Below, piece by piece: positions 1 to 10,614 of a stretch of 64,000 nucleotides of DNA. The translations under genes were made by a program, and so were the position numbers. Below the pieces are notes generated by a model, which saw only the letters and a program-made list of their open reading frames with translations, made no database searches and was not told the origin of the DNA. This stretch comes from Nitrospirota bacterium (GTDB lineage Bacteria; Nitrospirota; UBA9217). Position 1 is the first letter of the stretch. The number at the start of each line of letters is the position of its first letter. The stretch is from NCBI GenBank assembly GCA_963845065.1, contig CAWJQQ010000008.1:256001-320000 (forward strand), given 5' to 3'.

Positions 1-266
1 TGGCATGTCCTGTCGCCAATGGTGAGTTCTCTGAACGCCTGCTGCTCCAATTCGGGCCATCGTGCTTCCTTTTGTCCTATCCACACACCAATCTCATCGC
101 GCCGGATATCCGCCCAGGGCTTAAGGCTTTTTTCCGAACGAAAAAGATCGCGATACCGCATCAAGAGACCGCAGACTGAATAGAATCCCCAAAATTGCGC
201 ATCGGAAACATCGCAGTTATATTTTATATCTTTAATTAAAGCTTCGTACATGTCGCATAATACCAT
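1..266 (-). CDS. Sfum_1244/DsrS-like family protein, N-terminal part only (runs off window start)
   Basis: Manual translation from ATG 266 or 251: MYEALIKDIKYNCDVSDAQFWGFYSVCGLLMRYRDLFRSEKSLKPW..., open to position 1. The NCDxSDA/YSxCGLL pattern is recalled from this family. Not in the ORF track. Confidence 0.6.
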   Translation of the reverse strand, partial: MVLCDMYEALIKDIKYNCDVSDAQFWGFYSVCGLLMRYRDLFRSEKSLKPWADIRRDEIGVWIGQKEARWPELEQQAFRELTIGDRTC

Positions 267-393
267 CTCATTCACATGAAGTCCATGTCCGATACAGGGA
301 GTAGCAGACCCTTGCCTGTGCACCATGCCACCTGAGCGTTTATCCCGAGTCCCTCAAGTGCGGCTAATCCATATTCACATTCCTAAAAAGTCC

Positions 394-422
394 TTGCAAC
401 TGCTGAAAAAATAAACTATAAT
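394..422 (+). promoter_or_regulatory. sigma70-type promoter of the pheA operon
   Basis: TTGCAA (394-399), 17-nt spacer, TATAAT (417-422), upstream of the pheA ATG at 456. Confidence 0.6.
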
Positions 423-455
423 TCGCAAATCCCCTTTAGACAGGTTATTTCCGCG

Positions 456-1529
456 ATGTCAAATGATAAAATACCTGAACTTCGCAAGAAGATCGACGAG
501 ATAGATGACAAACTGGTTGACCTTCTGAATGATCGCGCCAAGATCGTCATCGAAGTCGGGAACGTCAAAAAGACTGAAAGGATCGACTTCCATTCTCCGT
601 CGCGCGAGAGGGAGATCATCGAACGTCTTACTGCGCGAAACAAAGGACCGTTCCCACAGGATACGCTTAAGGCTGTGTACCACGAGATCCTATCCTCATC
701 GCTCTCATTGGAACGGCCTATGAAGGTTGCTTATCTCGGACCGCGCGCCACTTTTACACATCAGGCAGGCATGCAACAATTTGGCTATGCTGCCCAGTAT
801 GTGCCAACGGAAAGCATACGGGAAATCTTCGGCGAAGTGGAGCGCGGGCGCGCCGATTTCGGCGTTGTCCCGATCGAGAATTCGACTGAAGGCGTTGTGA
901 ACTACACTCTCGATACATTTATTGATTCAGACCTCAAAATCTATGCCGAAATCCTGCTCGAAGTATCGCAGAACCTCATGAACAAATCGGGCAGGATCGA
1001 AGATATTAAAAAAATATACACTCATCCCCAAGTCCCGGGACAGTGCCGTCAGTGGCTTGAGAAACACCTTTCCGGGATCTCTATCATGGATGCGCCCTCG
1101 ACGGCGCGTGCCGCGGAAATGGCAGCCGGTGATTCTTCCTTGGGCGCCATTGCGAGCGAGATGGCAGCTATGCTCTACGGCCTCCAGATGGTGGCCCGCA
1201 GGATCGAGGACAATCCAAACAATTTTACCAGGTTCCTGGTCATCGCACCGAAGTCGCCGGGCAGGACGGGCCGCGACAAGACCTCGATCATGTTCTCGAT
1301 CAAGGACCGCGTCGGAGCTCTTTACGATATGCTTGCGCCCTTTGCCGCCCACGGCATCAACTTAAACAGGCTTGATGCTCGTCCTTCGGGAAGGAAAGTA
1401 TGGGATTACGTTTTTTTCCTCGACATGGAGGGCCACATCGATGACGAGAAAGTCGCTATGGCAATCGAGCGTCTGCGGCAGGACTGCATGTTCCTGAAAG
1501 TGCTGGGGTCGTATCCGCGGTGTCAGTAA
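456..1529 (+). CDS. pheA: Chorismate mutase/prephenate dehydratase (P-protein)
   Basis: N-terminal AroQ domain (LRKKIDEID..LLNDRA), PDT motifs (VVPIENSTEG, NFTRF), C-terminal ACT domain ending LGSYP. Confidence 0.96.
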   Translation: MSNDKIPELRKKIDEIDDKLVDLLNDRAKIVIEVGNVKKTERIDFHSPSREREIIERLTARNKGPFPQDTLKAVYHEILSSSLSLERPMKVAYLGPRATFTHQAGMQQFGYAAQYVPTESIREIFGEVERGRADFGVVPIENSTEGVVNYTLDTFIDSDLKIYAEILLEVSQNLMNKSGRIEDIKKIYTHPQVPGQCRQWLEKHLSGISIMDAPSTARAAEMAAGDSSLGAIASEMAAMLYGLQMVARRIEDNPNNFTRFLVIAPKSPGRTGRDKTSIMFSIKDRVGALYDMLAPFAAHGINLNRLDARPSGRKVWDYVFFLDMEGHIDDEKVAMAIERLRQDCMFLKVLGSYPRCQ

Positions 1530-1652
1530 TAACGAATTCGGCATTGTAGGGTAAAAGATTAATTCGCGGTACTGAATAGAGCCCATTGATCCCATCATCA
1601 TCTGTAACGTCTGTGAAAAACAACGATCATACTTGTATGTGAGGTTTTAATC

Positions 1653-2729
1653 ATGATTACAGTATTGGAAAATATCAAAAACATAACACCCTATGTCCCC
1701 GGAAAGCCGATCGAAGAGCTTGAGCGGGAGTTGGGCTTGAGCGGCAGCATCAAACTCGCATCGAACGAGAACCCGCTCGGACCGTCGCCCAAGGCGATGG
1801 CAGCGATAAAGAAGGCCGTCGCAGGTCTGAATCGCTATCCCGATGGCAGTGGGTTCTACCTTTCCCAGGCACTTGCGAAGAAATACGGAGTGGACATTTC
1901 GCAGATCATTCTGGGCAACGGTTCGAACGAATTGATCGAGCTGCTCGTCCGCACATTCGTGCAGCCGGGTGATGAAGTCATATCTGCTGACCCTTCTTTC
2001 GTTGTGTACAAGATGATTACGCAGGCTGCTTCGGGAGTGAACGTCATTGTCCCGTGTAAAGACATGAGGCACGATCTCCAAGCTATGACGGAGCGGATCA
2101 CATCAAAAACGAGGATTGTATTCATCGCAAACCCGAATAACCCGACAGGCACCATGAATACCAGGGCAGAGATGGACGGGTTCATGGGTCGCGTCCCGGA
2201 TAATTTGATTGTCGCTGTAGATGAAGCGTACTTCGAGTATGTTACCCATGCCGACTATCCCGATTCTCTGGACTACCTGAAGGGGAAAAAGAACATTATC
2301 GCACTCCGGACGTTCTCAAAAATTTACGGCCTAGCAGGCCTCCGAATCGGATACGGCATCACGACTGTGGAGATCGCGGAACTGTTGAACAAGGTGCGTC
2401 AGCCGTTCAACACCAATACGCTCGGCCAGATCGGCGCCCTGGCCGCTCTCTCTGACCGGAGGCACGTGGACAAATCCGTTGCCGTTAATAACGAAGGGAA
2501 ACAATTTCTCTATCAGGCCTTTCAACGGCTCGGCATATTGTCTACCCCCACGGAAGCCAATTTCATCATGTTTGAAACGCGGCTTGACGGCAGGGACGTG
2601 TATAGCGGGTTACTCAAAATGGGCGTGATCGTCCGGCCCATGGGCGGGAAAAGGCTGCGTGTGACAATCGGACGTCCCGAGGAAAATGCGCGATTCGTGG
2701 CAGAACTGGAAAAGATTGTTAAGGCATAA
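1653..2729 (+). CDS. hisC: Histidinol-phosphate/aromatic aminotransferase
   Basis: KLASNENP, NPNNPTG, DEAYFEY and RTFSKIYGLAGLRIGY motifs. Confidence 0.95.
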   Translation: MITVLENIKNITPYVPGKPIEELERELGLSGSIKLASNENPLGPSPKAMAAIKKAVAGLNRYPDGSGFYLSQALAKKYGVDISQIILGNGSNELIELLVRTFVQPGDEVISADPSFVVYKMITQAASGVNVIVPCKDMRHDLQAMTERITSKTRIVFIANPNNPTGTMNTRAEMDGFMGRVPDNLIVAVDEAYFEYVTHADYPDSLDYLKGKKNIIALRTFSKIYGLAGLRIGYGITTVEIAELLNKVRQPFNTNTLGQIGALAALSDRRHVDKSVAVNNEGKQFLYQAFQRLGILSTPTEANFIMFETRLDGRDVYSGLLKMGVIVRPMGGKRLRVTIGRPEENARFVAELEKIVKA

Positions 2730-2808
2730 TCATTTTTTTTAAAGAAAGCACTGGGTCCCGTGAGAAAAAACATTTTTTTGCAAATACGCTAAGAGCGGTT
2801 GTCGTAGA

Positions 2809-2835
2809 ACGGGGGAAAATATTTTCCCCGGTTTT
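2809..2835 (+). terminator. Stem-loop between hisC and aroF
   Basis: CGGGGGAAAAT/ATTTTCCCCG inverted repeat followed by GTTTT. Confidence 0.4.
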
Positions 2836-2937
2836 GCGCTTTCATTTGCTAGCTGTGCACCTTGGTGATAGACGGGAAGTAGCTTTTTTCAGATTAACCT
2901 CCGTTTTTTTTGATAAATCGATTAAGAAAGGGTTGCC

Positions 2938-3951
2938 ATGATCATCGTTGTAAGACCTGATGCTACCAAAGAGCAGGTCGACCATATTATTAAAAAGATC
3001 AAGGACCATGGTTTGCAGGCTCATGTTTCCAAGGGCACAGAACGTACGATCATCGGCGCTATCGGCGATGAGGCAATCTTGCAGAGCCTGCCTCTCGAAG
3101 CCATCCCTGGCGTCGAGAAGGTTCTCCCGATACTGAAGCCTTTCAAGCTGGCAAGCTGGGAGTTCAGAAAAGAAAAAACGATCATCACTGTAGGAAGTCA
3201 AGAGATCGGCGGAAAGCGTATCGCGGTCATGGCTGGACCCTGCGCCGTGGAGAATAAAACGCTGCTGATCGAGATCGCGAAAGACGTAAAGAATGCCGGT
3301 GCCAATTTCATCCGCGGCGGCGCGTTCAAGCCGCGTACCTCACCGTATGCCTTTCAGGGTCTCGAAGAAGAGGGGCTCCGGTATCTCGCTGAAGCGCGCG
3401 AGCGCACCGGGCTTCCGATCGTAACTGAGGTAATGGATCCCCGTGACATCGATATGATTGTAAAATATGCCGATGTACTTCAGATCGGGGCGCGGAACAT
3501 GCAGAACTTCCGGCTGCTCAGGGAAGTGGGCTTGTGCAAGAAACCGGTGCTCCTGAAGCGCGGTATCTCGGCGACGATCAAGGAATGGCTCATGTCGGCC
3601 GAGTATATCATGTCTGGCGGCAATCATAACGTCATCCTCTGCGAGCGCGGTATCCGCACCTACGAGACGGCGACACGGAACACGCTCGACCTCTCCGCCA
3701 TCCCGGTCTTGAAACAGATGACGCATTTGCCGGTCATTGTTGACCCCAGCCATGCGGTGGGCAAATGGGACCTCGTGGCGCCCATGGCAAAGGCTGCGGT
3801 GGCAGCCGGGGCCGACGGTCTCATCATAGAGGTGCACTCGAACCCTGAAGAAGCGCTCTGTGACGGTGAGCAGTCGCTTAAGCCCAAAAGCTTCAAACAG
3901 CTGATGGAAGAAATGAAACCGATTGCCGTGGCGATTGGAAGAGAAATATAA
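2938..3951 (+). CDS. aroF: DAHP synthase type I-beta with N-terminal regulatory domain
   Basis: [39 protein letters not shown] and DPSHA motifs. Confidence 0.95.
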   Translation: MIIVVRPDATKEQVDHIIKKIKDHGLQAHVSKGTERTIIGAIGDEAILQSLPLEAIPGVEKVLPILKPFKLASWEFRKEKTIITVGSQEIGGKRIAVMAGPCAVENKTLLIEIAKDVKNAGANFIRGGAFKPRTSPYAFQGLEEEGLRYLAEARERTGLPIVTEVMDPRDIDMIVKYADVLQIGARNMQNFRLLREVGLCKKPVLLKRGISATIKEWLMSAEYIMSGGNHNVILCERGIRTYETATRNTLDLSAIPVLKQMTHLPVIVDPSHAVGKWDLVAPMAKAAVAAGADGLIIEVHSNPEEALCDGEQSLKPKSFKQLMEEMKPIAVAIGREI

Positions 3952-4031
3952 CATCAGGATACAGTAGACGCGGATAGTAAGCAGAGTAGCTGCACTGGGA
4001 AGGCCTTTGGCTATTCTCCCACATAAAAATC

Positions 4032-4895
4032 ATGGCTATTCATTTTGATAAAGTCACTATCATCGGCGTAGGGCTTATCGGCGGTTCTTTTGCCAAGGTC
4101 CTCAGGACTTCCGGGCTGGCCGGTTCGATAACAGGTTTGGGTAGAAGCAGCGGGACGCTCGAACTGGCGCTCCGGCTTGGTGTTATCGACCAAATGGGGC
4201 TAGGAGCCAAACATGCCGTCGAAGGGGCCGACCTCGTGGTGCTTGCATCTCCGGTCGGGACTTTCGAGCGGGTCGTGCGCGAGGTCGGGCCACATCTGAA
4301 AAAAGGCGCAATCCTTACTGACGTGGGGAGCGTCAAGGGTAAATTAGTGCGAAGGATCGAGGAAATCCTTCCCGCGGGAATTCACTTCGTGCCAGGCCAC
4401 CCTATAGCAGGCAAAGAAAAATTTGGTGTATCTGAAGCAACTGAGAAGCTGTTCCTGGGCGCTAATTGCATTCTGACACCAACGAAGAGAACCGAAATTG
4501 CTGCTATCAATACGCTCCGGGAGGTCTGGACAATAGCTGGTGCGAATGTAATTATCATGGACCCGGATCTGCACGATGAGATATTCGCAGCTGTGAGTCA
4601 CATGCCTCACGTCGCAGCTTTTGCCATGATGTGTGCAGTGGCTGAATTGAACACGGAGTCCGAAAATTACCTAAATTTTTCAGGTGCAGGGTTCAAGGAC
4701 TTTACGCGTATAGCCGCGAGTTCACCAGAGATCTGGCGTGATATCTGCCTCATGAACCGGGACAATATCGTTCAGATGCTGGACCGCTTCCTTTTCTCGC
4801 TGAACACGATAAAGCGGGACCTGGTAGCGAATGATGCCAAGCGGCTCGAAAAACATCTCAAAATCGCGAGCGATGCGAGACGAGGTTTGGGCTAA
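4032..4895 (+). CDS. tyrA: Prephenate/arogenate dehydrogenase
   Basis: IIGVGLIGGS, TDVGSVK, GHPIAG, HD..A.VSHMPH, GFKDFTRIA. Confidence 0.94.
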   Translation: MAIHFDKVTIIGVGLIGGSFAKVLRTSGLAGSITGLGRSSGTLELALRLGVIDQMGLGAKHAVEGADLVVLASPVGTFERVVREVGPHLKKGAILTDVGSVKGKLVRRIEEILPAGIHFVPGHPIAGKEKFGVSEATEKLFLGANCILTPTKRTEIAAINTLREVWTIAGANVIIMDPDLHDEIFAAVSHMPHVAAFAMMCAVAELNTESENYLNFSGAGFKDFTRIAASSPEIWRDICLMNRDNIVQMLDRFLFSLNTIKRDLVANDAKRLEKHLKIASDARRGLG

Positions 4896-4898
4896 CCA

Positions 4899-6206
4899 AT
4901 GTCGGATCTTGTGATAAAACCTTCGCACGGTCTTCGCGGTTCGATTATGTTGCCGGGAGACAAATCACTTTCTCACCGGGCAGTTTTATTTTCCGCAATA
5001 GCCGAAGGCGATACGATTATCACCGGATTCCTCACCGGCGAAGACACACAGAATACCGCAAAAGCAGTTCAAGCGCTGGGAATCGAAGTGGCAGGCCTGG
5101 GGACAGAACATCTCGTTGTGCATGGCAAGGGACTGGACGGTCTCTCCGAACCTGTTGACGTGCTCGACCTCGGGAACTCGGGCACCGGCATGCGTCTTCT
5201 TGCCGGTCTGCTGGCAGGCCAGAAATTTTATTCCGTTCTCTCCGGAGACCGGTACCTGAGAAACAGGCCAATGGCCAGAATCGTCGAGCCGCTCAGGCAG
5301 ATGGGAGTGTTCATTGACGGCCGTTGCGGAGGCAAGCTTGCTCCTCTTTCCATCAGGGGCGGTGGCAATGCAATCAAGCCTATCGACTATGTAAACCCCG
5401 TTGCGAGCGCCCAGGTTAAATCGGCGCTTCTCCTTGCAGGACTGTATGCGAATGGTACAACGTCGGTACAGGAACCGTCGAAATCGCGGGACCATACCGA
5501 GCGAATGTTCAGATTTTTTGGGCTGGACGTCAAAGAAGAAGGGACAACCGTAACGGTGCTCGGTCGTCAGCGCCTGCACGCGAAGGGGCCGCTTGACATT
5601 CCGGCAGACATTTCTTCGGCTGCGTTCTTCATCGTTGCCGCATCGATTGTCCCGGGCTCTGACGTGACAATACAAAACGTCGGTGTGAACCCTACGCGCA
5701 CCGGCATTGTCGATATTCTTCTGCAAATGGGCGGGGACATTACACTCTACAACAGACGCGAACAGGCTGGCGAGCCGGTTGCTGATATCCGCGTACGACA
5801 CTGCAGGCTCAACGCAGCCAAGATCGAGGGTGCTGTGATCCCCCGTGCAATCGATGAAATCCCCGTTTTGTCCGTGGCCGCGTCCTATGCCGCGGGAAAG
5901 ACTGTTATTAGAGATGCTGCCGAACTTCGGGTTAAGGAATCAGACCGGATCTCATCTATGGCCGGAGAACTCCGCAGGATGGGAGTCGTAGTAACGGAAC
6001 TTCCCGACGGCATGGAGATCACAGGTAGGGACGTGCTTGAAAGTGCCGTGTGCGAGAGCCATGGGGACCACCGTATCGCCATGTCAATGGCTATTGCCGG
6101 TCTCGCGGCGCATGGAGATACGGTGGTGCGCAACACCGGTTGGATCGATACGTCGTTTCCGGGCTTCGAGCGAATATTGAAGCAGACAGCGTATTCGTCT
6201 TCATAG
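4899..6206 (+). CDS. aroA: EPSP synthase
   Basis: PGDKSLSHR, GNSGTGMR, SAQVKSA, RDHTE, RVKESDR, DHRIAM. Confidence 0.96.
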   Translation: MSDLVIKPSHGLRGSIMLPGDKSLSHRAVLFSAIAEGDTIITGFLTGEDTQNTAKAVQALGIEVAGLGTEHLVVHGKGLDGLSEPVDVLDLGNSGTGMRLLAGLLAGQKFYSVLSGDRYLRNRPMARIVEPLRQMGVFIDGRCGGKLAPLSIRGGGNAIKPIDYVNPVASAQVKSALLLAGLYANGTTSVQEPSKSRDHTERMFRFFGLDVKEEGTTVTVLGRQRLHAKGPLDIPADISSAAFFIVAASIVPGSDVTIQNVGVNPTRTGIVDILLQMGGDITLYNRREQAGEPVADIRVRHCRLNAAKIEGAVIPRAIDEIPVLSVAASYAAGKTVIRDAAELRVKESDRISSMAGELRRMGVVVTELPDGMEITGRDVLESAVCESHGDHRIAMSMAIAGLAAHGDTVVRNTGWIDTSFPGFERILKQTAYSSS

Positions 6207-6356
6207 TTATTGGCGGAAGGATAAAATACCCGTCAAAAATTTTACCACGAAGACACAAAGAACATAAATGAACATTCAGGCTTATCGGTTTTAAGCATAA
6301 AAAACTTACCTCCTTTGCGCCTGGTGCATTTTGGTTCAATCTTGTCAGGTTGAGTT

Positions 6357-7031
6357 ATGGTGAAAAAAGGACTTGTTATCGCCCTTGACGGGCCATCCGG
6401 TGCGGGCAAAAGTACCGTTGCCAGGCTCCTGGCTCAACAATTGGGGTATATATATATAGATACCGGCGCTATGTACCGGGCAATCGGCTGGAAGGCTAAG
6501 CAAGAATGCATCGATCCAGCCGATGAACCGAGACTTACAGAACTCTGCCTGCGGACTGAGGTCTTGATCAAGAACGACAACAACAATTCCAGGGTTTACG
6601 TTGACGGCAGAGACGTGAGCGACAAAATACGAACCCCAGAAATGGGCATGATGGCATCCTCTGTGTCGAAGTCGCCGGCAGTTCGTGCACGGCTTCTTGC
6701 CCTTCAGAGAGAGCTCGGTAAAAACGGCGGCGTGGTGATGGACGGCAGGGATATAGGTACGGTCGTATTTCCCGACGCTGAGGTGAAATTTTTCTTGGAT
6801 GCAAGCTCCGAGGAACGCGGCCGTCGCCGTTATCTTGAGCTGAAGGCGAAAGGGATGGATGTTGATCTGGCGCGAATCACGAAAGAGATCCAGGACCGCG
6901 ATAAACAGGACAGTGGCCGCTCTCTGGCTCCGCTCAGGAAGGCCGATGATGCCTTGCTGCTCGACTCGACGCGCATGAGCATCGACGATGTTCTGAACGC
7001 GATGCTGTCAACAGTGAAGAAGGTGCGGTAA
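6357..7031 (+). CDS. cmk: Cytidylate kinase
   Basis: DGPSGAGKST, DTGAMYR, DGRDIGTVVFPDA. Confidence 0.96.
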   Translation: MVKKGLVIALDGPSGAGKSTVARLLAQQLGYIYIDTGAMYRAIGWKAKQECIDPADEPRLTELCLRTEVLIKNDNNNSRVYVDGRDVSDKIRTPEMGMMASSVSKSPAVRARLLALQRELGKNGGVVMDGRDIGTVVFPDAEVKFFLDASSEERGRRRYLELKAKGMDVDLARITKEIQDRDKQDSGRSLAPLRKADDALLLDSTRMSIDDVLNAMLSTVKKVR

Positions 7032-7037
7032 CAAACC

Positions 7038-7874
7038 ATGGAAATATTTCTTGCAGAAAAAGCAGGGTTATGTTTCGGCGTCAAAAGGGCGATTAATACC
7101 GCATCCGAAGCAGTCCGTAAAACACGGGTATATTGCCTGGGTCCGTTGATTCACAATCCGCAGGAAGTTGATCGTCTACGCCAGGCAGGCGTGCAGACCG
7201 TCGAAGACTTCAGCGTCCTGAGCCGCGGTGATACGCTCATTATCCGTTCGCACGGGGTTCCGCCGCGCGTGCTTTCGCAGGCCCGCAATATGGGGCTCAC
7301 TATCATAGACCTTACCTGTCCTTTTGTGGGCAAGGCGCAGCGTTACGCAGAGGCGCTCTATAAGGAAGGATACCAGGTTGTTGTGGTAGGGGAGAAGAAG
7401 CACCCTGAGGTTCAGAGCATTCTCGGATATGCCGGTAAAAGCGCCGTTGTCGTAGAGTCAGCAGAAGACGTGGATGGTGTGAAGCTCCAGGGGCGGATTG
7501 GGGTCGTTGCGCAAACTACGCAATCATATGGTAATTTTTCAGAAATTGTGCTAACATTATTGCGTATTTCCAAAGAATTGAAGGTCTTCAACACTATCTG
7601 CAGCTCAACCAAGGAACGTCAGGAAGCTGCCCGCGTGCTTGCGAGGCAGGTTGACCTTATGCTGGTCGTAGGTGGTCGCAACAGCGCCAATACTAGCAGG
7701 TTGGCAGACTTGTGTCGGCAGGAGGGTAAACCCACTTATCATATTGAGGTTGCTGACGAGATAAGCGTTGAGTGGTTTAAAGGCGTTAGTAGAATAGGAG
7801 TCACGGCTGGTGCTTCGACGCCTGACTGGCTTGTGGAAGGCGTCATCGATAAATTGAAGCTCATCAGTCAGTAA
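7038..7874 (+). CDS. ispH: 4-hydroxy-3-methylbut-2-enyl diphosphate reductase
   Basis: GLCFGVKRA, IHN, DLTCPFV, TICSST.ERQ, TAGASTP. Confidence 0.95.
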   Translation: MEIFLAEKAGLCFGVKRAINTASEAVRKTRVYCLGPLIHNPQEVDRLRQAGVQTVEDFSVLSRGDTLIIRSHGVPPRVLSQARNMGLTIIDLTCPFVGKAQRYAEALYKEGYQVVVVGEKKHPEVQSILGYAGKSAVVVESAEDVDGVKLQGRIGVVAQTTQSYGNFSEIVLTLLRISKELKVFNTICSSTKERQEAARVLARQVDLMLVVGGRNSANTSRLADLCRQEGKPTYHIEVADEISVEWFKGVSRIGVTAGASTPDWLVEGVIDKLKLISQ

Positions 7875-7984
7875 CGCAAGTACGGTGTGGAGCATCAAGG
7901 CAGTATGAGGAAAAAAAATTTACATACCGTCTCAAGAATTTGTTGATTATGGAAGAGTTCACTTTCAGGAGGTAAGGACGTTTC

Positions 7985-9679
7985 ATGGGAGATACGCGAA
8001 AAGACATGGAGCACGAAGAGAACGCCGCCGCAGCCGGGCAGGAAACGGAGTTCGAGAAACTGTACAACCAGTCATTAAAGCGTTTTAAGGCTGGTACGCT
8101 GGTTCGAGCGCGGGTGCTGCAGATCCGGTCGGGTGCCGTGATGGTGGACCTCGGGTACAAGTCGGATGGCATTATTCCCGTGGAACAATTTACAGAAGAT
8201 GAGCTGAAAATTCTTAAACCGGGAGATGAAATCGAGGTGCTGCTCGAAGCCGCGGAAGACACTAATGGGAACATTCTGCTCTCTCGGGATAAAGCAAAGA
8301 AGCTTCAAGTCTGGGACGATTTAAACCGCGCCTATCAGAGTGGGACGCCGGTTAAGGGGAAGGTGCTCTCGACAATCAAGGGCGGCTTGAGCGTTGACAT
8401 CGGAGGAGTGGTTGCTTTCCTGCCCGGGTCCCAGGTCGATGTCAAGCCAACCCAGAATATCGGAAGGATGGTCGGTCAGAGCATGGACCTCAAAATCATC
8501 AAGATGAACTCGGGTCGCGGCAACATCGTGCTTTCTAGAAGGGCCCTCCTGGAGCAGGCGCAGAACCTTAAGAAGGAAGCAACGCTCTCCACACTCTCTG
8601 AGGGACAAATCGTAAGCGGGGTCATCAAGAACATTACCGACTATGGTGCGTTTGTCGATCTCGGAGGCATTGACGGCCTGATGCACATCACCGACATTTC
8701 CTGGGGCAGGATAGGCCATCCCTCAGAAGCGTTTAAAGTCGGCGACCGCGTGGAGGTCTTTATTCTCAAGTACGATCGGGAGAAGCAGAAGGTATCTCTC
8801 GGCTTGAAACAGAAGACGCAGGACCCTTGGCTGTCAGTGGCTGAGAAATATCCCATGGGCGCAAGGGTACGTGGCAAAGTGGTGAGCCTGACCGATTATG
8901 GCGCTTTTGTCGAACTGGAGCATGGTGTCGAAGGGCTCGTGCACGTATCCGAAATGTCCTGGGTCCAGAAGGTCAAGCACCCATCCAAGGTCGTATCGCT
9001 CGGTGATATGATTGAAGCGCAGGTATTGGCAGTTGATCCGAATGCAAAACGCATCTCGCTCGGCATGAAGCAGATTGAGCCGAATCCATGGCAGACTATC
9101 AGCGATCGCTATCCTGTCGGTTCTCAGGTAGAAGGCAAGGTCAAGACGATTACAGACTTCGGTGCTTTTATAGGCCTTGAGGAAGGGATAGACGGTCTTA
9201 TCCACATTTCCGACTTATCCTGGACAAAACATATCAAGCATCCTTCCGAGGTGCTCAAGAAGGGACAGACGACTAATGTTGTCGTGCTTTCCATCGACCC
9301 TGCAAAGGAGCGTATCTCGCTTGGTCTTAAACAGCTGACACCGGACCCCTGGGACAAAGCCATCCCCGAGCGTTATAAGGTAGGGCAGGATGAAGCGGTC
9401 AAGGTGACGAAGAAGACCGATTTCGGGCTGTTCGTAGAACTGGAACAGGGGATCGAAGGTCTTATTCCCACGTCGGAAATTCCTAAAGATGCTGATGAAA
9501 TCAAAGAAGGTTCTGAAGTGACCGCACGAGTCATCAAAGTAGACCGAAACGATCGCAAGATTGCGCTGTCAATCAAGGCCCATGTTAAAGGCAGAGACCG
9601 TTCGACCCTGAAGGAATACATGAATCAGCAGCAAAAGCCCGATACTACGATTGGCGCACTGTTGAAGGAACGGAGCTGA
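7985..9679 (+). CDS. rpsA: 30S ribosomal protein S1
   Basis: Repeated S1 domains (ITDYGAFVDLGGIDGL, LTDYGAFVELE.GVEGLVH, ITDFGAFIGLEEGIDGL); cmk-ispH-rpsA context. Confidence 0.96.
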   Translation: MGDTRKDMEHEENAAAAGQETEFEKLYNQSLKRFKAGTLVRARVLQIRSGAVMVDLGYKSDGIIPVEQFTEDELKILKPGDEIEVLLEAAEDTNGNILLSRDKAKKLQVWDDLNRAYQSGTPVKGKVLSTIKGGLSVDIGGVVAFLPGSQVDVKPTQNIGRMVGQSMDLKIIKMNSGRGNIVLSRRALLEQAQNLKKEATLSTLSEGQIVSGVIKNITDYGAFVDLGGIDGLMHITDISWGRIGHPSEAFKVGDRVEVFILKYDREKQKVSLGLKQKTQDPWLSVAEKYPMGARVRGKVVSLTDYGAFVELEHGVEGLVHVSEMSWVQKVKHPSKVVSLGDMIEAQVLAVDPNAKRISLGMKQIEPNPWQTISDRYPVGSQVEGKVKTITDFGAFIGLEEGIDGLIHISDLSWTKHIKHPSEVLKKGQTTNVVVLSIDPAKERISLGLKQLTPDPWDKAIPERYKVGQDEAVKVTKKTDFGLFVELEQGIEGLIPTSEIPKDADEIKEGSEVTARVIKVDRNDRKIALSIKAHVKGRDRSTLKEYMNQQQKPDTTIGALLKERS

Positions 9680-9685
9680 TTGGGT

Positions 9686-10585
9686 ATGAAACGGAATCCG
9701 GTTCTGACGGTGCTGGGGACCGCGTTGGCGCTTGGGGTATTATTCGTTCTTATCCTTGCTGTCGCATCGTTTTTCACCGGGAGCAAGGGACGATTAGTTT
9801 CCTTGTCGGTCGTCAGTCCAAACAGAGTAGCACTTGTAAAAATAGAGGGATTGCTTACCTCCTCAGATGACATTGTAAAAGAACTACATGATTACACCGA
9901 GGACGGCTCCATCAAGGCCATTGTTCTTCGGATAGACAGCCCTGGCGGTGGTGTGGTCGTTGCCCAAGAAATCTATAACGCAGTTAAGAACGCTCGAAAA
10001 GAAGGAAAGAAAGTCGTCGTGTCCATGGGATCGGTGGCTGCATCAGGTGGCTATTACATTGCAGCGGCAGCTGATAAGATCGTCGCCAATCCTGGCACGC
10101 TCACCGGAAGCATCGGCGTCCTCATGGAGTTTGCCAATGTTGAGAAGCTGCTGGATAAAATCGGAGTAAAAGGGGTTGTTGTAAAAGCGGGACAATTCAA
10201 GGACGTCGGATCTCCGTTCCGTGATATGACCGATCAGGAAAAGAAGCTTTTGCAAGGAGTTATCGATGATGTCCACTCTCAGTTCATCGATGTTGTTGCC
10301 CATGGTCGGAACATCCCGCTTGACGATGTTAAGGCAATAGCAGACGGCCGTATATTCACGGGACGCCAGGCGCTTAAGCTCAAGCTCGTCGACAAGATGG
10401 GAGACCTGACGGAAAGCATTGAACTTGCGGGAACGCTGGCGGGAATCAAGGGAAAACCGATAATCGTGGAAAAAAATAAAAAGATTCCGTTCCTTGATTA
10501 TTTGAAAGAAGAGTCTGCAGCATGGATTGGTGACGTCATTACCAAAGGACTCAGCAGGAACACCGTGTCATTACAGTATCGATAG
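9686..10585 (+). CDS. sppA: Signal peptide peptidase, short type
   Basis: N-terminal TM, RIDSPGG, AASGGYY, TGSIGV, ADGRIFTG; ATG at 9686 in frame with ORF 9680. Confidence 0.93.
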   Translation: MKRNPVLTVLGTALALGVLFVLILAVASFFTGSKGRLVSLSVVSPNRVALVKIEGLLTSSDDIVKELHDYTEDGSIKAIVLRIDSPGGGVVVAQEIYNAVKNARKEGKKVVVSMGSVAASGGYYIAAAADKIVANPGTLTGSIGVLMEFANVEKLLDKIGVKGVVVKAGQFKDVGSPFRDMTDQEKKLLQGVIDDVHSQFIDVVAHGRNIPLDDVKAIADGRIFTGRQALKLKLVDKMGDLTESIELAGTLAGIKGKPIIVEKNKKIPFLDYLKEESAAWIGDVITKGLSRNTVSLQYR

Positions 10586-10614
10586 ATTCTGTTTTACTTC
10601 GAGGAGGGGATTGC

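Noticed and set aside
2730..2937. Attenuator leader peptide or T-box upstream of aroF
   Set aside because: The only short ORF noticed (GTG-RKNIFLQIR) has a single aromatic codon and no T-box consensus was seen; only a hairpin is supported
6240..6345. REP-like imperfect inverted repeat between aroA and cmk
   Set aside because: Arms are too degenerate and there is no second copy in the window
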